Shown piece by piece: positions 49,291 through 59,635 of a stretch of DNA of 64,000 bases. The notes under the pieces are model-generated. The model searched no databases. It saw only the letters and a list, made by a program, of their open reading frames with translations, and was not told the origin of the DNA. Origin of the DNA: Geopsychrobacteraceae bacterium (GTDB lineage: Bacteria; Desulfobacterota; Desulfuromonadia; Desulfuromonadales; Geopsychrobacteraceae); contig OY759353.1 in NCBI GenBank assembly GCA_963662315.1, positions 1,728,001-1,792,000 of the forward strand. Reading direction: 5' to 3'. The position numbers and the translations under genes are program-made. Positions within the stretch are counted from its first letter, which is position 1, and the number at the start of each line of letters is the position of its first letter.

Positions 49291-50145
49291 ATGTTCATTT
49301 CAGAAGAAACCCATGAATTGATCAATGGTGCGATAGATATTCACATGCATGGCAGTCCTGATATCGTTCCCAGAATCGCAACAGACTTACAATTGGCACG
49401 TCAGGCCGCAGAAGTCGGCATGAAAGCGATTATGGTAAAAAGTCACGTCACACCGACCGCCACCAGAGCTCAGCTAGTCCAGGAAGCCCTGGCAGATTCA
49501 ATCCAGGTGTATGGTGGCTTAACACTGAACGCCCCAGCTGGAGGACTCAATCCACATGCCGTAGAAGCAGAACTCAAACTCGGTGCAAAACAGATCTGGA
49601 TGCCGACCATTTCAGCTGAAAACCAAGCCCGCCTAGGGGGACATGGCGGAAAAAACTCAGTCCCAGTCTTTGATGATAACAATAAGATTCTTCCCCAGGC
49701 TCATGACATTCTTGACCTTATAGCCAAGTATGATGCCATCCTCGGTACCGGACACTTATCTGCTGCTGAGTGCAGCAACTTAGTACCCATTGCCAAGCAG
49801 CACGGGGTCAGAAAAATCATCATCACTCATCCAGAATCGCGCCTGATCGAGATGCCTATCGATATGCAGCAGAAACTGGCCAAACAAGGCGTATTTTTTG
49901 AGCGATGTTTTTATCGAGTCGCCATCGCTCCCCCGGCAAATATCACGCCCGAATTATTCCTGCAACAGATCCAGTCAACGGGAGCTGAACAGACAATAAT
50001 TTCAACTGATTTTGGCCAAACATTCAATGACACCCCGGTTCGGGGGTTACAGAAATGTATTCAGACGCTGCTCAACCTGAACGTAGCGGCAAAGGAAATT
50101 TCGTTGATGATCAAAAGCAACCCAGCATCCCTGCTGGGAATCTGA
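49291..50145 (+). CDS. Amidohydrolase-superfamily metalloprotein (DUF6282-like)
   Basis: GAIDIHMHGSPD (HxH), VKSH, GGLNP.AVE, WMPT, GTGHLS, ITHP, STDFGQ. Confidence 0.8.
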   Translation: MFISEETHELINGAIDIHMHGSPDIVPRIATDLQLARQAAEVGMKAIMVKSHVTPTATRAQLVQEALADSIQVYGGLTLNAPAGGLNPHAVEAELKLGAKQIWMPTISAENQARLGGHGGKNSVPVFDDNNKILPQAHDILDLIAKYDAILGTGHLSAAECSNLVPIAKQHGVRKIIITHPESRLIEMPIDMQQKLAKQGVFFERCFYRVAIAPPANITPELFLQQIQSTGAEQTIISTDFGQTFNDTPVRGLQKCIQTLLNLNVAAKEISLMIKSNPASLLGI

Positions 50146-50291
50146 TTTAATTTATTCCTGCTTCCTGAGATCGGGCACCCGTAATAATACAAAGCATGAA
50201 AAGATCAGGACAATAGTAGCATTCAGGGCAAGTAGAGATTTCAGCACGAGGATGTGACCTGCCTGAATGAAATGAGAAAATGTAAGAACGA

Positions 50292-50327
50292 CAAAGGCAA
50301 CCCCGCAATTAATCAGGGTTGCCTTTG
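50292..50327. terminator. Terminator between convergent genes
   Basis: caaaggcaaccc / gggttgcctttg 12-bp stem. Confidence 0.7.
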
Positions 50328-50414
50328 ATTGTCTGAAAACAAAAGGAGACGCTTGAAAAATCTCCAGCGGCCCTTCGACGAACTCAGGGCCATCAGCTTA
50401 AATGCCAGGAAAGA

Positions 50415-51410
50415 TTATTTGGAATATTCACTCAGTTCTTTCTTATTGGCAATACGTGAGGGATTGATCCCTTTACCCTCAACCACCTCAATGATCCCGC
50501 GGACCGCGTCTGACCCGACTCGCGCACCAGCTTCAACGGTCACACCACCAACATGCGGGGTGATAACGACATTGCCCAACTTAAATAAAGGATTATCCTG
50601 AGCTGGCGGCTCGGTGGCAAAAGTGTCAAGTCCGGCAGCGCGGATTTGACCCGTCCGCAGAGCTTCTTCGAGAGCGACCTCATCGATCAATCCACCTCGC
50701 GCAGTATTTACCAGTACAGCGGTCGGTTTCATCAGTTTGAGACGCTTTGCATTGATCAGCTGGTGAGTCTCAGGCATCAGTGGACAGTGGAGACTGACCA
50801 CATCAGAAATTTCAAGAATAGACTCTATATCGTTCGCCCTGATGACTCCCATGCTGTCGAGATCGGCATCAGCAACAAAAGGATCGAAAGCATGCACCGT
50901 CATTTCAAGGCCTGCCGCTAGCTTTCCCATGTGTCTGGCGATAGCACCAAACCCGATCAGGCCAAGGGTCTTGCCTGATAATTCGGTTCCCAAAAAGTTA
51001 GCTTTGATCCATTTGCCATCTCTGATAGACGTATCGAGCATCAACATCTGTTTCATAGCCATCAGCATCAGCGTGATACCATGTTCCGCAACAGACTTGG
51101 CGTTAGCCCCGACAGCGTTGATGACCATGACATCATTCTTTGCGGCAGCGACCAGATCAATATTATCAACCCCTACACCATGCTTGGAAACAACTCTGAG
51201 CGATGGTCCTGCGTTGATAACTTCTTCAGTAATGAACCCGGTGCGGTGCACAATACCGCATGGATCATGCATTGCCACGGTCTTGGCGAGCTCAGCCGGT
51301 TCAGTATAGGCGGGTGAATATATGGCTTCATAGCCATGCTCCGCCATAATCGCCGTCGCATCCGGGTGCAATTCTGCCCCAGTAATTAAGATTTTTTTAT
51401 TATCACTCAC
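50415..51410 (-). CDS. D-isomer-specific 2-hydroxyacid dehydrogenase (SerA-like, no ACT domain)
   Basis: HGVGVDNID, SVAEH, GFGAIA, SLHCPL, NTARGG, EP, TPHVGG; GTG start overlaps the upstream stop. Confidence 0.93.
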   Translation of the reverse strand: MSDNKKILITGAELHPDATAIMAEHGYEAIYSPAYTEPAELAKTVAMHDPCGIVHRTGFITEEVINAGPSLRVVSKHGVGVDNIDLVAAAKNDVMVINAVGANAKSVAEHGITLMLMAMKQMLMLDTSIRDGKWIKANFLGTELSGKTLGLIGFGAIARHMGKLAAGLEMTVHAFDPFVADADLDSMGVIRANDIESILEISDVVSLHCPLMPETHQLINAKRLKLMKPTAVLVNTARGGLIDEVALEEALRTGQIRAAGLDTFATEPPAQDNPLFKLGNVVITPHVGGVTVEAGARVGSDAVRGIIEVVEGKGINPSRIANKKELSEYSK

Positions 51411-52120
51411 AGATCATCCCCTTCTTGGAGAATACCTTTTTTAATCAGGGTAGGAATCAACCAACTGGCATTCAGACCATCAAGGGGTGCAGTACGGATC
51501 TGCTCCATGCGCTTTTCTTCAGCGTCAACTTTTGCTTGAGCACCAGCCGCAGCAGCCTGAACGTCACTCTGGGGAATGACAATAATACCATCGGCATCGC
51601 CGATAATAATGTCGCCTGGGTTAACCACCACACCACCACAAGAGGTCGAAAGGTTAACCTGACCAGGACCATCTTTTTCTCCACCCATCGGATTAACACC
51701 ACGGGTAAAAACTGGCAACCCAGATTCTATCAGTTCGGTACAATCCCGCACCGCACCGTCCATAATAACCCCGGCAAGCTTCTTCTTGACGCAAACATTG
51801 CAGAGCAGATCGCCAAAGATGCCATTACTGGTGCTGCCATGAGCGTTAATAACCAAGACATCGCCTTCCTTGGCCAGGGCGATACCAGCGTGGATCATCA
51901 GGTTATCCGCAGGGTGAGTTTCAACAGTGATCGCTGAGCCGATCATTTTCGACGCAGGATTTAAAGGCTTTATCCCTGCATCCATGATCGCACGGCGACC
52001 ATAACCATCACCAAGCAGTGCAACTGGGAATTTTGCAAGAAGCTTAAGATCTTCTTCGCTCGGTCTATCAACTTCTTTTACCAAACAGAAACCCGGTTTT
52101 CCGTATACTTTCTTGTCCAT
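51407..52120 (-). CDS. RraA-like / HMG-CHA aldolase family protein
   Basis: GSAITV, DNLMIH, GDLL, DGAVRD, GGVVVNPGDIIIGDADG. Confidence 0.92.
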   Translation of the reverse strand: MDKKVYGKPGFCLVKEVDRPSEEDLKLLAKFPVALLGDGYGRRAIMDAGIKPLNPASKMIGSAITVETHPADNLMIHAGIALAKEGDVLVINAHGSTSNGIFGDLLCNVCVKKKLAGVIMDGAVRDCTELIESGLPVFTRGVNPMGGEKDGPGQVNLSTSCGGVVVNPGDIIIGDADGIIVIPQSDVQAAAAGAQAKVDAEEKRMEQIRTAPLDGLNASWLIPTLIKKGILQEGDDL

Positions 52121-52672
52121 TTTTTTCAGATCTCCTTCGTTAAAAATACGGTTCTAAAATACCCTGAGAAGTCGGCCAGTTCGTATTCGCACTTAATTTC
52201 AAGCCATAAAAAAACCGAACACATGCCTCTTTGTAAAATGTGATTCAAAAATACAGACAATAAAAATTATTTAAAAGCGATTTAAATTAATTTTATTTTC
52301 AGTTTTTCTAAAACTAGCACCAGACATCCGTCCCCAAATGACTTAAGCCCCTCCTGCTGGAAAATTACTTAAATTATTAATTTTTATAGTGAAGGATATT
52401 GACAAACCATTATCCTGTGAAAAGATTATATCAAAGAGTTACTCTTTAGCGCTAAACGACCTCAATCCATAGTATTTTTATTAAATATCACTAAAGAAAT
52501 ATTCGCAAGCTAGGTATTTTCATTACGCACGAACGCTTTACCGTAAGGCCTTCTAATTTTAAAGTTAATAAATTTACCTTCAAGCGTCGATAAAGTTTAT
52601 GTATATTGACCACAGTCGATATAACACCGGTTGTTTACCACCCCTCACCCTATCTTTGAACAGGAGCTCTAC

Positions 52673-53680
52673 ATGAAGTTTGAATTCTCACGATTGAAGC
52701 GATGCAAAATTCTTAATGGGTTAATTTTAGCGTTACTAGTAACGACAGGGGTTGTCACTTTTGACTGGACGAATGCTTACGCGGCCTTTCCTGATAAGCC
52801 AGTTCACGTCATTGTTCATACGTCGCCGGGTGGCGGAGTAGATACTATGGCACGGCTGCTGTTTAAACACGCCGGACGACTTTCAGGAGCTGATTTTGTA
52901 GTTGAAAACTTTGCCGGTGCCGGCGGCCAGATTGGTTACACAAAAACGATTATGTCACCACCTGATGGTTATACCCTTGGTACCATTTCCACGATGAGTA
53001 TCGTTACCCATGAGTTAACCAGAAAAAATGTTCCTTACACATTTAAAAAGAACTTTCAGCCCGTAGCCCGGGTAACACTGGATCCTTCCGTTCTTGCTGT
53101 TAAAGCGGATAGTCCATTCAAAACCCTGAGCGACGTTATTGCCGCTGCTAAGGAAAATCCAGGCAAGCTCAGTTTCGCTGGTACCTTCATGTATAGTACT
53201 CATCATATTCAGCACATTCTTTTTAAAAAGCAGACCGGTGCCGATCTGAAATATATTCCCTTTGATGGTGGCGCCAAAGCTATTGCAGCACTACTCGGTG
53301 GCCACGTTGATGTTGCCGCTAGTGGTCTTGGTGAGTTTGCTCCACTGATCAAGTCGGGTGAAGTACGTATCCTGGCCTCTGCAGGGGACACCCAATGGAA
53401 AGATCTTCCTGAGATGCCTCTTTACAAAGACCTGGGCTATAAAATCTCCCTTGGTTCCAACCGTGGCATTGCTTTGCCAGCAGGGTGTTCTCCTGAAATC
53501 GTCAAATATTATGACGATTTATTTGCCAAGGTGACTGCCGATCCTGAGTTTTTAGCAGAAGCTGAAAAAATCGGTATCGCACCGACTATTGCTCACCTTG
53601 GGGCAAAAGAATTTACTGACTATCTCAATGACCTGCAGGCAACAATGGAAGAGTCTTTGGCTGGTCAAATGAAGAAATAA
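52673..53680 (+). CDS. tctC: TTT substrate-binding protein #4
   Basis: FPDKPV, PGGGVDTMAR, PDGYTLG, LLGGHVD; AGGAG RBS. Confidence 0.93.
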   Translation: MKFEFSRLKRCKILNGLILALLVTTGVVTFDWTNAYAAFPDKPVHVIVHTSPGGGVDTMARLLFKHAGRLSGADFVVENFAGAGGQIGYTKTIMSPPDGYTLGTISTMSIVTHELTRKNVPYTFKKNFQPVARVTLDPSVLAVKADSPFKTLSDVIAAAKENPGKLSFAGTFMYSTHHIQHILFKKQTGADLKYIPFDGGAKAIAALLGGHVDVAASGLGEFAPLIKSGEVRILASAGDTQWKDLPEMPLYKDLGYKISLGSNRGIALPAGCSPEIVKYYDDLFAKVTADPEFLAEAEKIGIAPTIAHLGAKEFTDYLNDLQATMEESLAGQMKK

Positions 53681-53795
53681 TGATCTCTGCTTATCATGAA
53701 GTGATGAAGTGATTTAGTTTATTGACGTAGATCGAATCAATACCCCGGAACGACCGGGGTATTGATTGGTGCTTAAGAGCAGAAGGCTGAATGAC

Positions 53796-54263
53796 ATGGA
53801 TTTTGTTAAAAAATACATCGTACAGGTGGGACTTATTGGGATCAGTATCCTTGTTTATATGAGTTCTGAAGAATTATCCGACAGTGCCAGGGCGTTTCCC
53901 CGAACCATGGCTGTCAGCCTGTTGGTGTTGGTCGTTTTATTGATGATCAGTAATTACTTGAAGCAAATGAAAAACACAGAGGCTGGCGGTTCTAAAAGTG
54001 ACAATCCAGGCAGCAGCCTGAATGCCAAAACCATGACGATTCTTGTCGGTTTTATCATTTTTAACGTGTTATTTGTCTGGTTACTGCCAATCATCGGCTT
54101 CGAGATAGCAGGTTTTCTGTTTATTATTGGAGGCATGTTCATGCTTGGAGGTTCCGCAGCGAAACGTTTTTGGTGGGTTGCTCTGGTTCTTCCTGTTGTT
54201 TTAGGAGTCGTTTTCCGGACCTTGCTGGATCTGAGACTTCCTTTATTTCCATTCTTGTCATAG
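53796..54263 (+). CDS. tctB: TTT small membrane subunit #4
   Basis: AFP motif, IGFEIA, F...LDLRLP. Confidence 0.85.
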   Translation: MDFVKKYIVQVGLIGISILVYMSSEELSDSARAFPRTMAVSLLVLVVLLMISNYLKQMKNTEAGGSKSDNPGSSLNAKTMTILVGFIIFNVLFVWLLPIIGFEIAGFLFIIGGMFMLGGSAAKRFWWVALVLPVVLGVVFRTLLDLRLPLFPFLS

Positions 54264-54276
54264 CGAGGTCTTATTC

Positions 54277-55824
54277 ATGGAAATTGTTACTGGATTTCTT
54301 AACCTTTTAAGTCCGGCGGTTTTTCTGTCGATGTCCGCAGGTGTCGCCTGGGGAATTATTTGTGGTGCGCTGCCTGGCCTGGGGGCGACCATCGGTATCG
54401 CCTTACTGATTCCTTTCACCTTCACCATGTCTCCGGTCGTTGCGTTGCCGATGTTGGCTGGTGTTTATGCTGGAGCGATTTATGGTGGCGGCATTACGGC
54501 TATTTTGCTGGGTGTGCCAGGAACCTCGGCTGATGCGGCGACCGTTTTTGATGGCCACCCCATGGCACAAAAAGGCATGGCACGGAAGGCGTTACGGACC
54601 TCTGTATCTTCCTCTGCCATCGGCGGTATGTTTGCGGCTATCGTTCTTTTGCTTTTAGCGCCACCTTTGGCCCGTTTGTCCCTGGCTTTTGGCCCGCATG
54701 AATATTTTCTGATAGCGATCTTTGGCCTGACCGTTATTGCTGCTGTTTCCCCGGGATCTATCCTCAAGGGATTGATTGCCGGTGCCCTGGGTTTGATGCT
54801 GGGTACTGTCGGGCTCGATCCGATCATGGGGGAGATGCGGTTCGGGTTTGGTTATGTTGAGTTATTTGATGGTTTGCCACTGATACCATTGCTCCTCGGT
54901 TTGTTCGCTTTTCCGCAGTGCCTCAAATTTACCGAAGATCTGGTAACCAAGGGCTTAAGTCAGATCAATATCAACACCGATAATATCGATACCTCGACCC
55001 TGACTTTATCTGATATCTGGGGGATGAGACGGACCCTAACCCGGTCAGCTATTATTGGTACCATTATTGGAATTATTCCTGGCGCCGGCGCAGCCATCGC
55101 AGGTTTCGTCAGCTATGCGGCAGAAAAGCGTGCTGCCAAAGATCCAACCAAACTGGGAACTGGTGTGCCTGAAGGGGTTGCTGCTTCTGAAGCTGCCAAT
55201 AACGGTGTCTGCTCAGGTTCCCTGGTGCCGCTGTTGACCCTGTCCATTCCGGGTAGTCCGACCGCTGCTGTTATTCTCGGTGCGCTGATGATTCATGGCA
55301 TGGTTCCCGGACCAGAGCTGTTTACCAAGTATGCCGAACCAACCTATACCTTCCTGGCCGCAGGTTTCTTCTGCAATATCGTTATGCTTGTCATGGGCTG
55401 GTATGGCAGTAACATTTTTGGCAAGATTGCAAACATCCCAACCATTATTCTGGCTCCAAGTATGCTGGTTATCTGTTTTACCGGTGCCTATGCGGTGCGC
55501 CAGCAGTTTTTCGATCTTGGTCTGATGATTTTAATTGGAGTCGTTGCCTGGTTCCTGACCCGTTACGGTTACCCCATGGCTTCGGTTCTGCTTGGGGTTA
55601 TCCTTGGCCCGATATCTGAATCCGGATTCCGCCGAGCTATGCTGATCAGTGATGGTGATTATACAACCTTCTTTACCCGTCCACTGTCCTTGGTTCTGAT
55701 AGCCCTAACCTTTTTCTCTCTATACGCCGGGTGGAAATTGACCCAGCGCATGGAAGCGTTCGCGGCAGATACAATCAATAAGGCTGAAGAACTCGTCAAA
55801 AAGGGGAAGGAGGCATCCGCTTAA
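54277..55824 (+). CDS. tctA: TTT large membrane subunit #4
   Basis: GALPGLG, YGGGITAILLGVPG, ASEAANN, LTLSIPGS. Confidence 0.95.
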   Translation: MEIVTGFLNLLSPAVFLSMSAGVAWGIICGALPGLGATIGIALLIPFTFTMSPVVALPMLAGVYAGAIYGGGITAILLGVPGTSADAATVFDGHPMAQKGMARKALRTSVSSSAIGGMFAAIVLLLLAPPLARLSLAFGPHEYFLIAIFGLTVIAAVSPGSILKGLIAGALGLMLGTVGLDPIMGEMRFGFGYVELFDGLPLIPLLLGLFAFPQCLKFTEDLVTKGLSQININTDNIDTSTLTLSDIWGMRRTLTRSAIIGTIIGIIPGAGAAIAGFVSYAAEKRAAKDPTKLGTGVPEGVAASEAANNGVCSGSLVPLLTLSIPGSPTAAVILGALMIHGMVPGPELFTKYAEPTYTFLAAGFFCNIVMLVMGWYGSNIFGKIANIPTIILAPSMLVICFTGAYAVRQQFFDLGLMILIGVVAWFLTRYGYPMASVLLGVILGPISESGFRRAMLISDGDYTTFFTRPLSLVLIALTFFSLYAGWKLTQRMEAFAADTINKAEELVKKGKEASA

Positions 55825-55994
55825 TACCACCAGGATTGCATCTTTACCATTTTAAAAAAGCATATTCACATCGGAAATGTCCCGGGAGAGTGGATCGGAT
55901 AGATACCGATTCACTCTCCCGGAATGCGCTTTTGTATCTGCGTTCTTGCTGTAGAGCAAAGGCTAACGTTCATTTTTTTAAGGAGGTATCAACT

Positions 55995-56963
55995 ATGCTC
56001 AAAGTCTACCGAAAGATAGCTTGTCTGGGTTTGACTGTAGCCATGTCAGCCCTGTGTCTGGGATCGCCTGTCTATGCCGCATCGTATCCGGAAAAACCGA
56101 TTGAATTTGTTGTTGCCTTTTCCGCCGGTGGCGGTACAGATGTCGGTGCCCGGATTCTCACAAAAATAGCAGCCAAATACATTCCTCAGCCGTTATCCGT
56201 ATTGAACAAACCAGGTGCCGGCGGCGAAATTGGCTTTACCGAACTGGCCAAAGCCAAACCCGATGGTTACCGAATCGGCTTCATCAATCAACCATCCACC
56301 ATTCTACTGCCACTGTCGCGCAAGACCGGATACCAGGGGAACGACTTCAAATATATCATTAACGTCGCTCTCGACCCTGGCGTCCTTGCAGTCCGCAGCG
56401 AAAGCCCGATCCAGACAATTGATGAGTTTCTTGCTGCCGCAAAGGCCAAACCAGGGGAATTAACCATCGCCAATGCCGGGGTGGGATCAGACGCGCATAT
56501 TTCTATAGTTGACCTGCAGAACCAGGCCAACATTCAGGTCAGTCCGATCCCCTTCAAGGGTTCTGCAGGAGCACGTACCGCAGCTATGGGTGGCCACGTT
56601 GACGCCGTTGTCATGAAGGTTGGCGAATCTAAAACCTATGTCAATTCCGGGCAGATCAGAGTGCTCGCCGTCATGGCCGATGAAAGAGCCAAGGATTTCC
56701 CGAACGTTCCTACCTTCAAGGAAAAAGGGATTGACCTGCAGATGGCATCCTGCCGTGCCGTTGCCGGGCCCAAGGACCTGCCGGATGAGATTGTCACGTA
56801 TTTGCACGACAAACTCAAGCAAACCATGGAAGACCCTGAATTTATTGAACTGATGAACAAAACCGGGATTCCGATTCACTACATGAACCCGGCACAATTG
56901 GAAACCTATAGTAATTCGCTGATCGATAAATATTCAACGTTGTGGAAGCAGATCGGTCAGTAA
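55995..56963 (+). CDS. tctC: TTT substrate-binding protein #5
   Basis: YPEKPIEFVVAFSAGGGTDVGAR, NKPGAGG, KPDGY, MGGHVD, PNVPTFKEKG; AAGGAGG RBS. Confidence 0.95.
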   Translation: MLKVYRKIACLGLTVAMSALCLGSPVYAASYPEKPIEFVVAFSAGGGTDVGARILTKIAAKYIPQPLSVLNKPGAGGEIGFTELAKAKPDGYRIGFINQPSTILLPLSRKTGYQGNDFKYIINVALDPGVLAVRSESPIQTIDEFLAAAKAKPGELTIANAGVGSDAHISIVDLQNQANIQVSPIPFKGSAGARTAAMGGHVDAVVMKVGESKTYVNSGQIRVLAVMADERAKDFPNVPTFKEKGIDLQMASCRAVAGPKDLPDEIVTYLHDKLKQTMEDPEFIELMNKTGIPIHYMNPAQLETYSNSLIDKYSTLWKQIGQ

Positions 56964-56971
56964 CAAGACTT

Positions 56972-57003
56972 AAAAGCCCCTGAAAAGATTTTCAGGGGCT
57001 TTT
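56972..57003 (+). terminator. Strong hairpin between tctC#5 and the HD gene
   Basis: aaaagcccctgaaaa / ttttcaggggctttt. Confidence 0.7.
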
Positions 57004-57018
57004 TCAGGGAGTATTTTC

Positions 57019-57579
57019 ATGTCGGAACAAGATCAAACGAAAAATATTTTTGATATTTTTCCCGAAATTCATCAGATTACTGACGCAACACTTAAAAGCG
57101 TTGTTGTTGATTCATGGACAGAATATCTGGATCAACATGGCTACGCGGCAATTATGAAGTTGCCCTTCAGTGGTTTTGCCTCAGATGTCACATTGGTAGA
57201 TCATGTGACCTGTGTTGCTGAAATTGCCATGACTATGGCCGACACCTTCATCAAGCGCATGGCCGTCAGCGTCAACAAGGACCTGCTTATGGCTGCGGTA
57301 TTGCTCCATGACCTGGGTAAAGCTTATGAATATGAATTTGTCGATGGAAAATGGCGCAAGACCACCATCGGCAAACAGTTCATGCACGGCTTCTGGGGGA
57401 CTTACCGCTCTTTAAGTCACGGAGCCTCGGTTGACTTGGCCCATCTTATCTCGACTCACACACCCATTTCTCCGGTTCATCCACAACTGATTGAAGGTGT
57501 CATTCTGCATTACGCCGACCTGGCTCACGCAGACATTGTCTGTTATGAGCGCGACATCCCCCTATATTTATCTAAGTGA
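57019..57579 (+). CDS. HD-domain phosphohydrolase (HDIG-like)
   Basis: H...LLHDLGK...H...H..TH...HYAD metal-binding pattern. Confidence 0.88.
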   Translation: MSEQDQTKNIFDIFPEIHQITDATLKSVVVDSWTEYLDQHGYAAIMKLPFSGFASDVTLVDHVTCVAEIAMTMADTFIKRMAVSVNKDLLMAAVLLHDLGKAYEYEFVDGKWRKTTIGKQFMHGFWGTYRSLSHGASVDLAHLISTHTPISPVHPQLIEGVILHYADLAHADIVCYERDIPLYLSK

Positions 57580-57605
57580 GCTGACTGGTTTAATTTGGAG
57601 GTCCT

Positions 57606-58061
57606 GTGGCTATAATTGTTTATGATTGTATTTTTTCCGTTGCTCTTTTTATTCTCGGAATCTACATCGCGATAACGTCGAGCGATTTTATTAATAAAAA
57701 GAGTCACTACGTAGAAATAGTCTACTGGTGTCTATTGGCCATAGCTATCATTAATCTGGCCTATGCTGTTCATAAATTCATTAAGCAGAAATATGATAAA
57801 AATATTCAATTTGCTTTTTCCAAAAAATTAACCATTTTTTGCATTCTTACCATTGTATTTGCCGTATCGGTGAACTACCTCGGCTTTTACCTTCCAGCCG
57901 TTATCTTTGTTTTTTGCGGTTCGTACCTTATCAATAATCAGCGTAAATTCATTGCGCTGATCGTAAGTATCTTAATCGTCACTCTTCTCACTGTGATATT
58001 CAGCTACTTCTTGAATATTGATTTTCCGCACGGAATATTTGCCGATATAGCTTTCTTTTGA
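57606..58061 (+). CDS. tctB: TTT small membrane subunit #5
   Basis: LGFY, F...LNIDFPHG; GGAGG RBS, GTG start. Confidence 0.83.
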   Translation: MAIIVYDCIFSVALFILGIYIAITSSDFINKKSHYVEIVYWCLLAIAIINLAYAVHKFIKQKYDKNIQFAFSKKLTIFCILTIVFAVSVNYLGFYLPAVIFVFCGSYLINNQRKFIALIVSILIVTLLTVIFSYFLNIDFPHGIFADIAFF

Positions 58062-58073
58062 TGAGGTGTAATC

Positions 58074-59540
58074 ATGGAATATTTGATGGTTTTTATGGAT
58101 ATACAACTGTGGCTGGCAATGATTCTGGCCATGGCTGCGGGGATTATTATCGGAGCCCTTCCCGGTCTTACACCCGCAGTTGGCGTCGGACTTCTGGTGC
58201 CGGTAACTTTTGGCATGAACCCGGTAACCGGCCTGATTATTCTTGGTAGTATCTACGTCGGCGCTGTTTATGGTGGCGCAATTACGGCTGTTCTGCTCAA
58301 TATCCCCGGTGAGCCGGGCAATATTGTCACAACATTTGATGGTCATCCCATGGCTCGAAATGGTGAGCCGGCAAGGGCTCTCGGCCTGGCCGGTATCGCT
58401 TCAACAATCGGCGGTCTCTTCAGCGTCGTCGTCCTTATTCTGTTGGCCCCTCCTTTGGCCAAAGTCGCGTTGAAATTTGGACCAGGGGAGTATTTTTGCG
58501 TTGCCATTTTTGGACTTACCGTTATTGTCAGTTTCTCCAGTGGAGCTATGATCAAAGGAATCGTATCGGCAGTCGTGGGCCTTACGATAGGCCTGATCGG
58601 TCAAGATCCGATTATGGGCTATCCTCGATTCGCATTTATCCCTGAACTGATTGGCGGTGTCGACCTCATCCCCTGCGTTATCGGCCTATTCTGCTTTTCA
58701 GAAGGGCTGGCTCTGGTTCTGGAAAAACAGCTGTCCCTTGCTAATGGAGGTATTTCAAAGTTAAGTTATGCCAGTGCGTTCAAGGACATCTTAGCTAACA
58801 AATTCAATCTATTCCGGTCTTCGGCTATCGGCACCATTATTGGTATAATCCCGGGCGCAGGATTAGCTATGGGAGCATTGATTTCCTATAACGAAGCGCG
58901 GCGCTTTTCTAAAAATAAGCAACTTTACGGTAAAGGGAGTCCTGAAGGGTTAATCGCTTCCGAAGCGGCCAATAACGCAGTTGTTGGAGGGTCATTAGTC
59001 CCCTTGATAACCCTCGGTGTGCCCGGCAACGCAGTCAGCGCTATTTTTCTTGGCGGGATCATCATTCAGGGACTGCCCATCGGACCGGAACTGTTCACCA
59101 AATATAAGCTAGTTGTTTATCCTTTTCTGATTGGTCTTGGCCTGGCCCACTTTATCCTGCTTGCCCTTAGCCTATTCGGGGTTAAATATTTTGCCAAAAC
59201 CCTACAGCTGCCCATGAAATTTATTGCCCCGACCGTCTGCCTGCTCAGTGTCATCGGCTCATACTCAGTCAATAATAACTTCACTGACGTTTTTATTATG
59301 ATGGCTTTCGGTTTTCTGGGCTTTTTTATGAAGAAAAATGGGTATTCGGCGGTTTCCATGATTCTTGGTCTGATTCTGGGTCCCATGGCAGAGAACAGTC
59401 TGCAACAGGCACTGCTCATATCCCGAGGCAGTTTCTCCTTTATTCTCAGCCCAATTTGTCTGTTCATCCTAGCGTTAAGCATCGCATCGTTGTTAATGTC
59501 GCTATATTTCGACCGTAACAATCCTTGCAATGAGGATTAA
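58074..59540 (+). CDS. tctA: TTT large membrane subunit #5
   Basis: GALPGL, YGGAITAVLLNIPG, ASEAANNA, ITLGVPG. Confidence 0.95.
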   Translation: MEYLMVFMDIQLWLAMILAMAAGIIIGALPGLTPAVGVGLLVPVTFGMNPVTGLIILGSIYVGAVYGGAITAVLLNIPGEPGNIVTTFDGHPMARNGEPARALGLAGIASTIGGLFSVVVLILLAPPLAKVALKFGPGEYFCVAIFGLTVIVSFSSGAMIKGIVSAVVGLTIGLIGQDPIMGYPRFAFIPELIGGVDLIPCVIGLFCFSEGLALVLEKQLSLANGGISKLSYASAFKDILANKFNLFRSSAIGTIIGIIPGAGLAMGALISYNEARRFSKNKQLYGKGSPEGLIASEAANNAVVGGSLVPLITLGVPGNAVSAIFLGGIIIQGLPIGPELFTKYKLVVYPFLIGLGLAHFILLALSLFGVKYFAKTLQLPMKFIAPTVCLLSVIGSYSVNNNFTDVFIMMAFGFLGFFMKKNGYSAVSMILGLILGPMAENSLQQALLISRGSFSFILSPICLFILALSIASLLMSLYFDRNNPCNED

Positions 59541-59593
59541 GACATTACTATTCAGAAACGACACTTTTCCGCTGAGGCGGTATCAATGAGGTA

Positions 59594-59635
59594 CCTTGCT
59601 TACGCGGCGTAACGTAATACGCCGCGTAAGCAAGG
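59594..59635 (+). terminator. Perfect 18-bp-stem hairpin after tctA#5
   Basis: ccttgcttacgcggcgta-acgtaa-tacgccgcgtaagcaagg. Confidence 0.75.

Noticed and set aside
50415..51410. Call as serA
   Set aside because: No C-terminal ACT/regulatory domain and coupled to an RraA-like aldolase in a catabolic context; only a family-level call is justified.
51407..52120. Call as RNase E regulator RraA or menG
   Set aside because: The longer 237-aa form with DGAVRD and GDLL motifs in a catabolic context fits the aldolase branch.
49184..52610. Similar AAAGTT..TA.ATTGAC strings upstream of tctC#3 and tctC#4
   Set aside because: Needs a gap to align and is explicable as AT-rich sequence before -35 boxes.
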